This document shows, in pieces, positions 37,081 to 51,903 of a DNA stretch of 64,000 nt. The notes beneath the pieces were generated by a model, which made no database searches, was not told the origin of the DNA, and saw nothing but the letters and a program-made list of their open reading frames with translations. Within the stretch, counting starts at the first letter, position 1; every line of letters begins with the position of its first letter. This DNA comes from Antedon mediterranea (Eukaryota; Animalia; Echinodermata): contig NC_092674.1 in NCBI RefSeq assembly GCF_964355755.1, positions 10,912,001 to 10,976,000 of the forward strand, read 5' to 3'. Position numbers and translations under genes: made by a program.

Positions 37081-37095
37081 TAAGCACTTTTTTAA

Positions 37096-37823
37096 CACTT
37101 TCACCGCCAAAGACGGAAATCTCCGTCTTTCGATGCCCAGCGCCAGACCGCCAAAGACGGAAATTTCCGTCTTTGGCTTTTTATTGCACAATTTGTTAGA
37201 TCAGGTATATATGGACCGCATGTAGAAATTTCAACATCCAAATCGATCTGGACCGCAAATATTTTGATACTTTATTAACCCCTAGTGCCATTGACCCAGC
37301 TGGTCTACATCGTGTCCTATCCGTAAACAACATAAAGTGCTTACTGCGGACGAAGCAATTGCAGAAATATTTGCCAACTCTGACTCTGAAAATGAGTATT
37401 TATTATCCCCAGATGATGAAGGTATATTTGTACCTAAATCTGGTTTATAAAATGTAATAAATAATTGGAGATAATTTAGCTAGCCTGGCCTAGGCTAGTT
37501 TGTAGAATAGGTTGAGAATCGTGACACTGACAGACGGTGCAGCCAGGCTAAAAACCTCATTATCTCTGCTTTGTTCTCCGATTGAGCCTAAAGTGCTAAA
37601 AGTGAGCCAAGTTCTTTGTACAATTATGTGGTATTACAGTTTTATTTCAATAAAGTGTTTGGTACCATTGGAAAGTTTATTTCTATCTCATTATTTGAGT
37701 GTATATTGCATGTTATTCTGATTACAAACACCTTTGCTATGAGCTTTGAAAAACAGGTAAATTTATCTAAAATGGCTGGCGGTGAGGGGTACTTCCTTTA
37801 TTGAATGCCTGGCGGTGAAAGTG
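37096..37823 (+). mobile_element. Non-autonomous piggyBac, 728 bp
   Basis: TTAA TSD, 14-bp TIR CACTTTCACCGCCA, subterminal hairpins AAAGACGGAAAT.TCCGTCTTT x2, remnant peptide LTADEAIAEIFANSDSE. Confidence 0.88.
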
Positions 37824-38062
37824 TTAAGACAAAGAATTAATTACAGTGTTCTTAAAAACAAAAGTTACTCGTAATTAATACATGAGAGATTTCAATTTGC
37901 TACAAACTAGGTATATTATATATTCTACCGTAATCATTTATTGGCTTCATTAGCGGACATTGGGTTTCTTCAACATATAATGATTCTAATGTACAGTAAA
38001 GATCTAAAGGTCTAAAAGATGATGAAACAATATGTGCAGGCCATAAGTGGTCAACCCATTAA

Positions 38063-38196
38063 CGCCAATTCACACAGACAAGCGGTGATGGTAAGTGGAA
38101 AACTGCGCAGCTTATCCCACGTAGAATCTGTCCACCCGCTCAGAGTTGTATGTAAATAGTCATAATGAGTAACAGATCTGTCTGTGTAAATTGGCC
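38063..38196. mobile_element. Short Harbinger-like MITE
   Basis: GCCAATTCACACAGACA / TGTCTGTGTAAATTGGC inverted ends; related partial copy at about 47951. Confidence 0.55.
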
Positions 38197-39918
38197 TTTA
38201 TAAAGTAAACTAACATTAATAATAATTAATTAGAATATTAAATTAAAATACAAAAATACATACAGTTGGCTTATTCACAATTCATACACGTTTAAACATT
38301 TTTTTATTAAAGTGAATACTTGAGGAAATCCTTAAACATTGATGGACATACAGTAGTATTAAGGAATGGAAAATGTCTGTGCACCTATAAGTACAATTGT
38401 TGAATACAGCTACTAGCTCAGACTACCTTTTCATACAAACAGTTCAAAAGCCATTAGGGCACAAAGTTGTTGGCAACATGCATTATTAAACTCAGCTGAC
38501 TAGGTTTCTTTATCAATATCATAATATCTATAGCCATTAATTAGGTTAAAAAGTCATGAGTTCCAAGTCATGCGTTAAAACCACAGCTTGTTTTAATCAT
38601 CCAAGACACTCAAAAAAGCAAATGAATGCTTTCCTCTTTCTTAAAAAACTAAGCCACGTGGGATGTTTGAGGCTTGTAAGTGAGAAGAAATAATGGGCTT
38701 GAAGCAACCAATAATACATATATTTAACACTAATGCCCACTAGTATTTTTTTTTCAACATACATCCAACATAAGCATATGACAGGATGGAAAGAAACCCA
38801 TACTCAAATGACATAGTGATATTAATATTAACCATGAAAAAATCATGGTATTTTGACATGATTTGAACCCAAATCCCTAGAATTGCTAAACAAGCAATGG
38901 TGGTGCCACTACACCTACCTTAAGGAAGCTTTTTTCATAATCTTTGTTAATTGCAACATCCATATACATGGTATCGATATGACAAAAGTTGTACTGGTTT
39001 AAACTACACTACACAAAAAAACCACTCAAAGGAAGGGGTGGAGAACTGCCATGGAGCAAATATATATACATGTTCTTTATGCCGAACACAGTAGTAGCAA
39101 ACGTTCTGAAGGTTTAATACTGAAATAACATTGCATAATGAATAATATTAATGCTCTTTTATATTGGTGTTGGCAGAAAACAAGGGAATAACAATATCAT
39201 TGCGCCCTCTATACACAAGTTCATACTGACAACTTTTACATATGGACTCCCAAATTTGGTTGACTTGTCTCTAGTAATAACAAAAACTTACAAAAAAAAT
39301 GTTAATGCTTGCTTGTTATTCAAAATTCATATCAATGGCCATTATTACTAATTAAGATTTAACAACTCTTCTACACATCCTTCATTCAAAATTTAAAACA
39401 CATTTTTTAGGTATAATATTCTTAAATTCAATAAAGTAAGAAAGATTGATGATTCACAATGTTAGTACAAGAAGCATTGAAAGAAAAGAAAAATTAAATA
39501 AATGTTTAGCAATCACCTTGAAGAGACGATTATAATAAATAAAATCAACTGAATGTAAAATCTTAATTGAATTCAAACTAATCAAATTATTATATTTAAA
39601 AAATCAGTATAGTGTAATTGCATGTCAGCCTTGAACGAAGATGCTATTTTAGAACTGTGATAAACTATTTATATAACACTTGGTTTTATTAGCGCCTCAC
39701 AAAGGAAACAATTATAACTTGCAATACATTTGAAACCAAAACTATAAGGCAATGCTATAAATAGCTAATACAGATACCCTGGAGAATTGTAGACATTAAT
39801 TCCTGCTTTACATTTCAACAATAAGCTGGATTCTAGGGCAGCCTCTACGACGATCTATTGTTAAATATGTCAGCATTGTTAAGTAGTTTATTAGCTTACT
39901 TAGGCTACCAAGTGTAAA

Positions 39919-40451
39919 GCTACAGTTAGCTTTTCTGTGCTACAGTTAGCTTTTCTGTGCTACAGTTAGCTTTTCTGTGCTACAGTTAGCTTTTCTGTGC
40001 TACAGTTAGCTTTTCTGTGCTACAGTTAGCTTTTCTGTGCTACAGTTAGCTTTTCTGTGCTACAGTTAGCTTTTCTGTGCTACAGTTAGCTTTTCTGTGC
40101 TACAGTTAGCTTTTCTGTGCTACAGTTAGCTTTTCTGTGCTACAGTTAGCTTTTCTGTGCTACAGTTAGCTTTTCTGTGCTACAGTTAGCTTTTCTGTGC
40201 TACAGTTAGCTTTTCTGTGCTACAGTTAGCTTTTCTGTGCTACAGTTAGCTTTTCTGTGCTACAGTTAGCTTTTCTGTGCTACAGTTAGCTTTTCTGTGC
40301 TACAGTTAGCTTTTCTGTGCTACAGTTAGCTTGTCTGTGCTACAGTTAGGTTGTCTGTGCTACAGTTAGGTTGTCTGTGCTACAGTTAGGTTGTCTGTGC
40401 TACAGTTAGCTTGTCTGTGCTACAGTTAGCTTGTCTGTGCTACAGTTAGCT
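39919..40451. repeat. Minisatellite, 20 bp x about 26
   Basis: Unit GCTACAGTTAGCTTTTCTGT; variants confined to the 3' units. Confidence 0.98.
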
Positions 40452-40907
40452 ATGTTAGTTGTTGCCGAGTTTTAAATTTTAAATGAAGGGTATGTAGAAG
40501 AGTTTCTAAATATTAATTTGTTTATAACAATAGCCATTGATATGAACTTTGGATAAAAAAAGGTTTTTTATCAATCTTTCTGCACATTGTGCACATGTAT
40601 CTTAGCATGAGCAGGTTTGACACTGATTTGTCGTAGGTTGCCCACAATTTTAGGCCAAATCATAATTTTTTTTCTATTTGTTATAGTATAGTATTTCCGT
40701 ACATCCAAAATTTCTGTAGTAATTGTCGGTGTTTTATAGAACTTGAGAAGCCTACAGTTAGCTTGTATTTAATTAAGTAAGCTTGTCGAGCTATCAGTTG
40801 TATGAACACGATGTCACATTTATTTATCTGCTTTTTAATAGATTTAAATTTAAACGTAAATATCACCATTATCATTCCTTAGATACATAACTTTATTTTT
40901 ACCTTAA

Positions 40908-41159
40908 AGATGTATTGTCCCTTAAAACACACAAAAATGAAGGTTAAAATATTCTAAATTTAAATTGGCCATATTAAAGTAATATTAAAGTTATTCACCT
41001 TAAGTCGAAAATTCGAGCCAAAATCAGCTAAATTAATTTGATTACATTTCGTCTGGAGCGAAAGTAAACAATAACTATTATGATACTTCAAAATGACCCA
41101 CTTTTTTCGAAATCTTTTTTTTTTTTTTTTTTGGAATTTGACAAAGGGACAATACATCT
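40908..41159. mobile_element. Kolobok-type MITE, 252 bp
   Basis: TTAA on both sides; perfect 14-bp TIR AGATGTATTGTCCC starting with RR. Confidence 0.85.
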
Positions 41160-41251
41160 TTAAGAAAAAAAACCTTGTTCTTGGTGAAGATTTCACATTT
41201 ATTTATGCTCTGCTATTTTTTTCTATAGATTGAAACCAGAAAATTAAGACC

Positions 41252-42173
41252 AACGCCCGTATTCTTAAACCGGACTTTAGTCGTAGTTCGAAGTTCGACT
41301 TGAAAAAGTCATAGTTCGAGCTATTACTTCAAATTCGATTAAAAAACGAAGTAGTCGAAGTTTGCAGTTCGACTTAATGAAGTCGAGCTTTTAGTCGAGT
41401 TGCACACGTCTGGGTAACAAAGGCTATACATTGGCCAATGACAAGAGAGTATTTGAGGAGCAGACGAAATTTTGCGCATTGATATCACTTTCCATTTCTT
41501 ACAACACTTTTTACGCATCAGGACTATTTACATGAAAAATAATTTTAATCGTTAATTATTAGAACAATATCAGTATTAATTTAACAGTGAAGTATATTTG
41601 ATTAACAACAAATAAAATCTTCAAAATATATTTAGGAACCATGGCGGTACGGTAACTTTTATATTTTCTAGGCCCCCAACAAAGTATGATCGCGACGAAC
41701 CACGCACTTCATAGCGTGACAAGAAAGCGCTAGGCCCCCTAAACATTCCATCGCGTGGTGAATTGCCGCATCTCCCATTGTCGCTATGGCGTGACGTCGG
41801 ACTTGCGCGAAGAAAATAATGTAATTTGTATACAGTTGTAAATAAAGATGATTTTCATTATTATAACTTATACCAATGTATATTTAATTAAGCTAATATA
41901 AATATAGATATTTCATTCTTCAATATCTGGCCAATATAACAACTCAATGACTGTTACGTTTTTTATAAACATCGTTTAAAAACCATTTAGTTGACCATTT
42001 AGCCAGCCCCCTCCAGGACTAAAGAAATCGATCAAAATCCGTCTCGATTTAGTCGAGGTTGGCCTGATTTAGTTGGTGATTTAGTTGAAGTTCGGTTTAT
42101 GAATTAAAATGACGTCATTTTTTTAGTTTTAGCTCGAACTACGACTAAAGTCCGAATTAAGAATACGGGCGTT
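41252..42173. mobile_element. Non-autonomous TIR element, about 920 bp (Harbinger-like, superfamily uncertain)
   Basis: TIR of about 39 bp, AACGCCCGTATTCTTAA..CGGACTTTAGTCGTAGTTCGA, at both ends; CpG-rich interior; TSD unclear. Confidence 0.8.
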
Positions 42174-43068
42174 AGTAAAATGTAAACATATCACCACTGA
42201 AATCTTTATGCAGAAAATGCACAATAACAATGCTAAAATTACCACACATAAATTAAACAAGAGCTTTTCAACAGCTTACATATGTCTGAGCGGATAACCA
42301 ACCGCTTATTTTTACAACAAACACGCCTATTAAATACTATTTTTAGCTTTGAATACACTATTTTTAGTTGACCACGGTCGTTTTACCGTTCATAGCATTT
42401 TAGTATATATTGGCAGAATAGAATAATAGGAGTGTTAGTAATTACTAAACCACTTATTCATACTATCCAGGTAAAGAATCTCAAAATAAAACATAATTCA
42501 TATTTATGCATGCTGTAAATAAAAAATTATCAAATTAACATACTCAGTACAACAAAAGCTTATGTGATCTCATTTTAATTTATATCGTGATTATCGTGTT
42601 TAATATTTTAATATTACAGTCTGAAAATAGATCTCTAATAAATTTTATTTAATCTCGTTTTTAATGCAATCGTGAGATAACTTTTCTATTTAAAAAATAA
42701 TCTGGCTGTATTAAACTTTACTTGACTTTTAATTTTAGTATTAACTGCTGCTATCTTTATTATTTTAGGATTTGGCACAATATTAATTAATATAGTAGTA
42801 CTTTATATACTGTTTAATATTTTATAAACTTATTTAAATAGAATTGGAAGCCACATAAAAATGATCACGGTTTGATTAGTATACATAGCAATAATTGTAT
42901 ATGTTGTTTATGTAATTGTAAATTACATAAAGTTCAGTTCATGCAGTATAAATGACTTATTGTGAGTTGAATAGCGAGAATATTTTCATGAAGTTAAAAG
43001 ATTGACTGTTCTGGCGATATTGTACAATACCATTTATAAGTTAGTTTTACTGTATAAAGAAATACACA

Positions 43069-43285
43069 TCAGAAGCTTCTTTGGGACACCCTATAAAGAA
43101 ACATCTCTATTATGGGACACGTTCCTGTGTAATGGAAGAACAATGTTTTAACATTATGGCCAACATTATTCAGGGGCATGTATTGAGGGAACACTTCCCC
43201 TGGAAAATAACAGCACTATATGTCTTAAAACTAAGGCCAAACACTGGTGGGTCCAAATGATGTCCCCCTAATAGGGGTTCTACTG
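43069..43285. mobile_element. pogo-like MITE of the GGGACACC family (degenerate)
   Basis: Right end TGTCCCCCTAATAGGGGTTCTACTG|TA and internal GGGACAC repeats; relatives at about 18880-18998 and 29380-29438. Confidence 0.5.
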
Positions 43286-43576
43286 TATTACTATATAAAC
43301 AAAGATACAACAACAAACAACTTGTAATAAACTAGGTCACTCAAGGATTCACGTGATTATTAAAATTTGAAAGAATGTAAAAATAGATCAGCATTTTGAT
43401 TGATTTGATCAGTTAAAATCTGCAATTTAAATTTCATACTTGATGCAGTTTGTAGAGCAAATTAGAAATGAAAACTTAATCTATTGATGATGAAAGTCAA
43501 TATTGTTATTATACTGTTTATATTCAGATGCGGTGAAAGGATGCATTATATACCAATCCAGATAAATATCGTATTT

Positions 43577-44064
43577 AAACGCCCCGCTTTGAATAAACGC
43601 CTCCCTCAAATAAATGCCCCGCTTTGAATAAACACCTCCCTCAAATAAATGCCCAGCTTTGAATAAACGCCTCCCTCAAATAAATTCCCCGCTTTGAATA
43701 AATGGCTCCCTCAAATAAATGCCCCGCTTGGAATAAACGCCTCCCTCAAATAAATTCCCCGCTTTGAAAAAATGGCTCCCTTAAATAAATGCCCAGCTTT
43801 GAATAAATGCCTCTCTCAAATAAATGCCTCGCTTTGAATAAACGCCTCCCTCAAATAAATGCCCCGCTTTGAATAAACGCCTCCCTCAAATAAATGCCCC
43901 GCTTTGAATAAACGCCTCTCTCAAATAAATTCCTCGCTTTGAATAACCGCCTCCCTCAAATAAATGCCCCGCTTTAAATAAATGGCCCCCTCAAATAAAT
44001 GCCCAGCTTTGAATATACGACTCCCTCAAATAAATGCCTCGCTTTGAATAAACGCCTCCATCAA
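43577..44064. repeat. Minisatellite, 35 bp (18+17 dimer) x about 14
   Basis: Unit AAATGCCCCGCTTTGAAT-AAACGCCTCCCTCAAAT. Confidence 0.95.
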
Positions 44065-44096
44065 AAAAAATATTATACTATATCACACAACACATA

Positions 44097-44349
44097 CAGT
44101 GGAACCTTCATTTTACGTACGGTACGGGACTGAAAGGCGTACTTAAAACACAGGGAATAGGGGAAGTAGGAGTAGGATAGGAATAGGGGAATGCACGTGT
44201 AGCTTGTCTCACACAGCCATTTTTATTATGCTTTGTTGTTGTTAAATTGCGCCTTCAATGTAAGAAAATGATGACGTCATCGGTTATTTTAGGCGTACGT
44301 AAAATCCAGGGAACGTAAAATCAGGGTACGTAAAACGAAGGTTCTACTG
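44097..44349. mobile_element. pogo-type MITE, 253 bp, related to 12826-13775
   Basis: TIRs CAGTGGAACCTTCATTTTACGTAC / GTACGTAAAACGAAGGTTCTACTG, TA TSD, internal GATGACGTCATC. Confidence 0.85.
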
Positions 44350-44785
44350 TACTTGGCATTTGATTGGTTGAATATGTATCACATGCCATGTGTTATTTGG
44401 ATCCTTTTTCACTATTTGAGCTAATCACACTATTGGCGTTACTTTGCACATTTTATTTTGCAACGCAAGACTGACACACTAAAAACCAACCTATAGACTT
44501 AGTGTGTGCCGCTTGTAATGGATCTACTTTGGGGGGAAAATCAGAGAAAATGTGTATATACCAAAATATCAAACAAATACGGGACAAAACTATATCAGGT
44601 ATTGTGATGCAAAGCTGTGGAATGATATCCCAGATGATTAAGGTTGTTAACAAAATTTTAAAAAGAAATGAAAGAATATTATTTGTTTATTTAAATAATT
44701 ATTTTTGTGTTTCAAAAAAGAATTATATATTTCAGATAAAGTTAAAAAGATTGTTTTCATGTATATTAAGTTTAGAAAGGTTTCC

Positions 44786-44851
44786 CTTATTTATTTATCA
44801 ACTATTTATTTATTATTTATTTATTTATTATTTATTTATTTATTATTTATT
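44786..44851. repeat. (TTTA/TTA)n microsatellite
   Basis: Directly visible. Confidence 0.8.
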
Positions 44852-45050
44852 CTTCAAAGTTATGACTATTTTGTTAGCCTATCCCTTGATATGTTTACAA
44901 TGTTTATTATACTACTATTTATTTTTAGTTAAATAAAAAGAAATTCAAGATAGAAATATCACCGCATACTTTATTATGTTGACATCTTGACCTAGATTCT
45001 TCAATATAAACATCTAATTATTACCCCAAATCCAGTACGAACATTAGTAT

Positions 45051-45247
45051 ATATTTAACTAACAAATACAGTACTTGAACTATATAATCCGCAATAAAAA
45101 AAAATACAATCTTTTTTATATTTAACTAACAAATACAGTACTTGAACTATATAATCCGCAATAAATAAAAATACAATCTTTTTTATATTTAACTAACAAA
45201 TACAGTACTTAAACTATATAATCCTCAATAAATAAAAATATAATCTC
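45051..45247. repeat. Tandem triplication, 67 bp x about 3
   Basis: ATATTTAACTAACAAATACAGTAC starts at 45051, 45118 and 45185. Confidence 0.92.
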
Positions 45248-48200
45248 CCTGAATAAGAAACTAAAGAAGGTATATGAAACATACAATCAACGTGAGAGGT
45301 ATATTCAGAACATATTCAATGTATATTTATCTAGACCTTTATGTAAAAAAAGGGTCCTTATTATATTACACAAGCCTTGTATGTTGTTCTTTTATTCTAT
45401 GAAGAGCCCTTAGCTGTTTATTTTATCAAGGAATGTTATTTGTTTAATTTCTTCCAATTCATTTCTTTTTAGCAGTATATTTCTATAAATAACCTAATAA
45501 TCTATTGCAGTCACAATCATCCTCATCATCTTCAGCACCATCCTCCTTGTTTAGTTTCAGTTGGTTAATGTATACTTCAAGTTGTTTGGCATAGGCCCCT
45601 TGGCATTACTGTCAATCACAAACACTTGTGATGGATAATATAAAGTAGTTCATTACAAGTCTACACCAAGCAAATGCATTTAACGTGGTATAGTACTGTA
45701 TACAAAAATAATAATAAAGATGAAATATAAGCAGTGGCGTTATTGCTTAAATTTTTCAAAGACTGAGATAGATTGTGTATGACCATGGAGAAATCAGGTA
45801 TGACTGAATTGGGAGGAGTCACTTTTCTAGACCTAGGCCTGTTTTCCACTAGAATGCAATGCATGAAAATATGCATAACGCAAACAATTTATCATCTGAA
45901 ATATGTCTTGCTCTATGTGTCTGTGTATTGCGTCCTTTATGGAAACCAAGTGCAAATACCTTCCACAGATTGAAAAACATAGTACACCATAAACATGATG
46001 CATTCAATGGTAAAATTCAATGAATATATCTTATTCGTGTATCCACCATTGACCTCAAAACCCTCAAAATTAATCTCTAATCTTAATACATAAGAATAAC
46101 ATTTATTTTTTTTAGTTCACATCTGCACAGGCAGGTGAGGAGGCTGGACACTCAATATTCATTTAATATTTATTTAATAATAAGGCACCATGCTTCCCCT
46201 TTCTTTTACTGCATTCCTCCTCCCCCCCCCCCCCACCTCCCTATCTATTACAACATCCCTGCAATTACCTTAATCATTATCATGCTTGTCTCACAGCATG
46301 GCCGGTACACAAAGCCTTTCACTTTAATAACAGAAAAATCAATACTGATTTGCCTTCAATCACTGTCTTCTTTGCGTCAATTAATTAAATTTAATTTATT
46401 TCGATTTGATGACATGACAAGTAAATTCACACTTATGTTATTTTAAAGATTTGATAATTTTATTACAGAAAACACTTCTTACATAATAAGTTTAAGCAGA
46501 ACAAAAGCTTGAGTTACTTTGAGTATATGTGGATCTTAGCCACCTCCTCCAACTCTCCTAAATTCTGATTTTATAGTGCAAAAGATAGGACATTTTACGC
46601 TGTAAAATTGATAAATTCTGATTCAAAATGACCATACATCTTTAAATAAGGTTCAATTGCGAAAGTCTGTGAAGACAGAACCAAAGGTCATCACATTTAC
46701 ATAAAGTCGACCAAATTTGGTCAAACCAGCCAACGTATGCGAATAGTAAATACTAAATTCAAAGAGCATATTTTAATTTAAATGCACAAGACTTGCAGGT
46801 TAATTTCTATGTTTTATGATGCATCTTTTTTATATTATACAGTACTTGAATTTGTATCTTTTAATTTTTTTTAATTGTTTTAATTTTTTATAAATTCTGT
46901 TCATTCATTAATCCTTTTTACTTTTAAATCAAATTATTAATAATACTGTATTGTGTACTGTAGCTTACAGTATGTTAAAATTGTTTTTATGTTTTTATCA
47001 TGGGAACATTTTCTCTATGGTTTTTATACCACACTGTATATACCTTTTTTGTTAATTTTAAGAATAATTTATGGCCTTGCACGGCCTTGACGAAAAACAC
47101 CTTTTGGTGATCAAGTTCTCCTTGTTGAAATAAAGCATTTATTATTATTATAGTCATAGGTGCTAGGTTGTTGCAAAAATCGAAAGCTCTTTACTGGCAC
47201 TAACTAGTGCTTCACAGTGTTGCATTGGACATACTATAAATAGCATTCAAAATGTAGCAGGAAAATTAGATGACCAAAGACTGTTAATTCTAGGTCTGAC
47301 ACGTTTTTCGTACATAAACATGGTGGTCCATAACCAGAGAGAGGATTCAGTTGTAACAGCTCACTCACTTCTGTTACTGGTGAACTAATTACATTAGATG
47401 TCTAAGTGGGTATAACTTTGTTATTTCATAGCACTTTCTTTCATACCTTTAGTTAGAAAGATATTTTTAGATATGAAAAATCAATAACAGTTTGATTGCA
47501 AAAGCATTAGCTAATTTAAGCATTCATAAATCTATTTATAGTACTACTATTCAAGGAGGCAAAGAAGGCAGTAGTGTAACGGCTATGATCGCTCACTGGC
47601 TAAACCCAGGAGCCAAGAGCTAAGGGGCACCAGAGTATGAGCAGCCCAATGCAACTACAAAGTGTCAGAGGGCACCTTAGGAGTGCAAAATGCCTTTTCC
47701 CCAGTGTTATGCCACTGGATAGATACAAGTATAGATGCTTGCATTGTACCACAGTTGCTCCCATATAACTATTGGGTAATGTCACTGTCATTTGGGTAAT
47801 GTCACTGTCATTTGGGTAATATAACCAGTATACCAACTTTCAATGAGAGGGCTAAAAGGTATATCATGGCAATAAAAAAAATAGTCTCAATTCTAACTGA
47901 TGCCGGCATGATGATGCCTACATGACCAGTTTTTCTACTGGCATGGTAAAGGCCAATTTACACATATGTACAGTAATGGTAAGCTTGTACAATGTGGAAT
48001 CTGTATCTATTCTGAGTGGGTTTCTGCTCAATCTCTCCATGTTTTGCGTAAATTGTCATAAGAAATAATGAGTAATTAATGACACAAATTTTAAATTTAT
48101 TTTATGCATTTCAATAAATTTAATTTCTTAATGTATTTAAATGAGACTTATATATTGCTATTAAACAGAATAAGGACAATGTATATTGATCAAGGTAAAG

Positions 48201-50187
48201 CCAGCACATAATACACCATTGATATTATACCTATTTTTAGAACTGGCACGCTATAAATAGATTGTATTATAAATAAATATGGGTTTTATTTCCTCAATAG
48301 AAAAAATACTTTAAACATCCATATGTACCTTTATCAAAAGAAACATTGTTTGTTTTATGACACATACCAGGAGCAATATACAAAAATTCCCCAACAAATT
48401 GTTTAAAATATCATTCGGTTCTAAAACTTGTGAATGATATACGGAAAAAAAATTTATCCACAACATGTGATAAGCTCACCCAATAAATTTAAATTTTCGT
48501 TATGCCAAAGTACATTTTTTAATGAAATAAATTCTCATTTATGTATGATAAAATAAAGAACATAATTGATAAATAGGAATTGGATAGTTCACGGAAAAGA
48601 GAGTCATGTTGTCCCTGCTTTATAAGCAAAATAAAAGAGTATGACATTCAATCTGGCATGAAGGATGGATTTTCACGGGACCATTCAAATGGTTATTAAG
48701 TAATTGTACTTCTTTTGTATGTAAGATTAAATATGAAATTTAAAATATTTTAGGTATAACTGGATTTTCACGACTGTAATCCCAATTCTGAAAGCAGATA
48801 ATTTTGGGAAGAGAATGCTGTCACTTATCTGCTTTGTAGGCTATAGGCCTATGTAAAATTGGGGAATGACATTGGCAGTTGGTTGGCCGATGTACATAAA
48901 AGATGATTTTATTTTGGATCCTTTAAACAGTGGTGTCTGATTTGTATTTGCTTGGTGAGGCAAGGGCACTAGATACTGTATTGCAGTATTATTTTTCCAT
49001 TGATGCTGTGTATAGTGTCAAATTGAATTCTCATTATTGTTGGTACTACTACTACCGTGTACTACTTATATTTATTTATATCATCATGTATTTGTTCAAA
49101 CTTTAATTCAATTAAACAATTGATTGATATTTTTAGAATTGGTACACTAAAAATAGATTTAGAATCATAAAAATGAGTTTTATTTCCTTAATAGAAAAAG
49201 TTCTTCAAACAAACAAGAATCGTTAAATGAATAAATGCATTGTTTTCATTATGGGACATTGCCAAGAATGGATAATAATAGACATTTATTACAGCAATTG
49301 TTCAATAAGAATTTTCACAAAAGAATTTGCTTTATCTAGGCCTCCAGAAACCCGATAATACAACATTATTATTAAAACCATAAAACTGTGTTATGAAAAT
49401 AGAAACTATCTTTCCAAAAATACACTATCTGTATTTTATCTATACAATGTGAGAGAATAATGGCATTACCAAAAGGGTCCCATTGTGCCTTTAGTTCCTA
49501 CTACACGGCACTAAATTGTCCCTTTACTATGACAGGGGCTAGGATGGTGCTCAAGTAGTATACCGGGGTAAACAGCTACTGTTTGGTGCAGCGCACACCA
49601 GGCAGATGTTAACACTGGACTTATCAAAGAGAAGCCATCATGAACCTGTATGGTGATTATTTTTATGTCTCAGTTAATTCCTGTCTTAAACACACTTTGC
49701 TATTCCACTCAGAGCTGCTTCATAATTTGTCCTCTAGTAGTTTTTGTTTTCATAACATCCCTTCCTCAAGTACTAAAGTCACTACCAAACATAACACGAT
49801 TCCATGTTTAAGAATGTCTATACGGTATGTGAAATGTAAAACAAGAAATGTAGTCAATTATTTTTGAAGAAAAACTATCTAAATATAATAAAATAATGAC
49901 AATTATTTCACCTGTTGTCAATAAATCATTTATGATTTTAGTTTAGATATAAAATTATATTTGAAATGATAAAATAATATAAATAATAAAAACGTCATAA
50001 ATGTACACCAATAATTGCTCTATAAAATATATATTTTAAAATAATTAATATTTTTATCTTTTTTCAATCATATCAAATCAAATAAAAGTCGTATGGTCTC
50101 ATGATTGGTAAAGTAATTATGCCAGCTGTCTTTAGTAAGAATTTTTTTCTAATTTACGCAATAAATGGGAAATCGCTGTAGGTTTAA

Positions 50188-50792
50188 CACGTTCACTGCC
50201 AAGGCATTTTCCGTAATTTCTGTCCCAGTGCCAAGTCCCGTTTACATATTAAATTACAGTTTGAAAGTGTAACATCTGGTCACAGACTATCATGATGTCA
50301 TTCAAAATACGATGGCGGGAAAAACCGTTGAGACGTATAAATACGTCACTGGCAATGGTCCAACAATTTTATTGACTTTGCCAGGAACGTAAATATACGT
50401 CGGGGATTTTCCGCGCTAAAATCGGTCAAACCTATCATCGAGAGATAAAAACAGTAAACCACACTGAATCATTTCATCCTTTATTATTTTTATTTACTAT
50501 TAGCGCAATTTATGACATGTTTGAGATGATTATATTGAGTGTGAGGGCGCCATCGTATCAACCATATTCAATGCATGAGGGAATAAACACAAACAAACAT
50601 ATGACATTTATTTTTAGATTATCGTTTACGTACATCATTCATAAACTGCCATGCGATAATTCCTGTTCCAATCACCACTGCCAGCGATTCTACATACAAT
50701 ACAAAAGTGCTACGATTTTGACGTAGTATTACGTCTTGGCAAGTAGCGACACGCAATTTTTGACGTATAAATACGCCGTGGCAGTGAACGTG
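50188..50792. mobile_element. Non-autonomous piggyBac, 605 bp (second family)
   Basis: TTAA TSD, perfect 14-bp TIR CACGTTCACTGCCA, subterminal GACGTATAAATACGTC palindromes. Confidence 0.9.
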
Positions 50793-51147
50793 TTAACAAC
50801 ATCATGAAAACACAATAAAAAATTACCCTTTTACTTGATTGAAGCTGGCTTGTTTTAAGCTAAATTATTTCAATAAATTGAAATTGAAATAAAACAGACA
50901 GAAAGTAAGTAAGTAAGTAACTGTATTGACAAACACTTTTGGATCAGTGGCAACACACTCATTAGTGGTGCAGTCAACTTAGACTACATACAAATAAACA
51001 TTATAAACCAAACATGTATGTATGTACACTCAACGATACATGTATGTATGTACACTCAACGATGATATTCAAATCTTAACAATGAATTTGGTTTATTGCA
51101 ATAATTGTTGTATAGTACTGTAGAATAGAACATCCGTCTGTCTCGAG

Positions 51148-51903
51148 AGACAATGATGTGTACCTTGGAAGGACCTCAACGGCCGACAGACAATGATGTG
51201 TACCTTGGAAGGACCTCAATGGCCGACAGACAATGATGTGTACCTTGGAAGGACCTCAATGGCCGACAGACAATGATGTGTACCTTGGAAGGACCTCAAT
51301 GGCTGACAGACAATGATGTGTACCTTGGAAGGACCTCAATGGCCGACAGACAATGATGTGCACCTTGGAAGGACCTCAGTGGCCGACAGACAATGATGTG
51401 CACCTTGGAAGGACCTCAGTGGCCGACAGACAATGATGTGCACCTTGGAAGGACCTCAGTGGCCGACAGACAATGATGTGCACCTTGGAAGGACCTCAGT
51501 GGCCGACAGACAATGATGTGCACCTTGGAAGGACCTCAGTGGCCGACAGACAATGATGTGCACCTTGGAAGGACCTCAGTGGCCGACAGACAATGATGTG
51601 CACCTTGGAAGGACCTCAATGGCCGACAGACAATGATGTGCACCTTGGAAGGACCTCAATGGCCGACAGACAATGATGTGCACCTTGGAAGGACCTCAAT
51701 GGCCGACAGACAATGATGTGCACCTTGGAAGGACCTCAATGGCCAATAGACAATGATGTGCACCTTGGAAGGACCTCAATGGCCGACAGACAATGATGTG
51801 CACCTTGGAAGGACCTCAATGGCCGACAGACAATGATGTGCACCTTGGAAGGACCTCAATGGCCGACAGACAATGATGTGCACCTTGGAAGGACCTCAAT
51901 GGC
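51148..51903. repeat. Minisatellite, 40 bp x about 19
   Basis: Unit AGACAATGATGTGCACCTTGGAAGGACCTCAATGGCCGAC; variants arranged in blocks. Confidence 0.98.

Noticed and set aside
44502-44936. 144-aa and 75-aa plus-strand ORFs
   Set aside because: Open only because of AT-rich microsatellite sequence; no recognisable domain.
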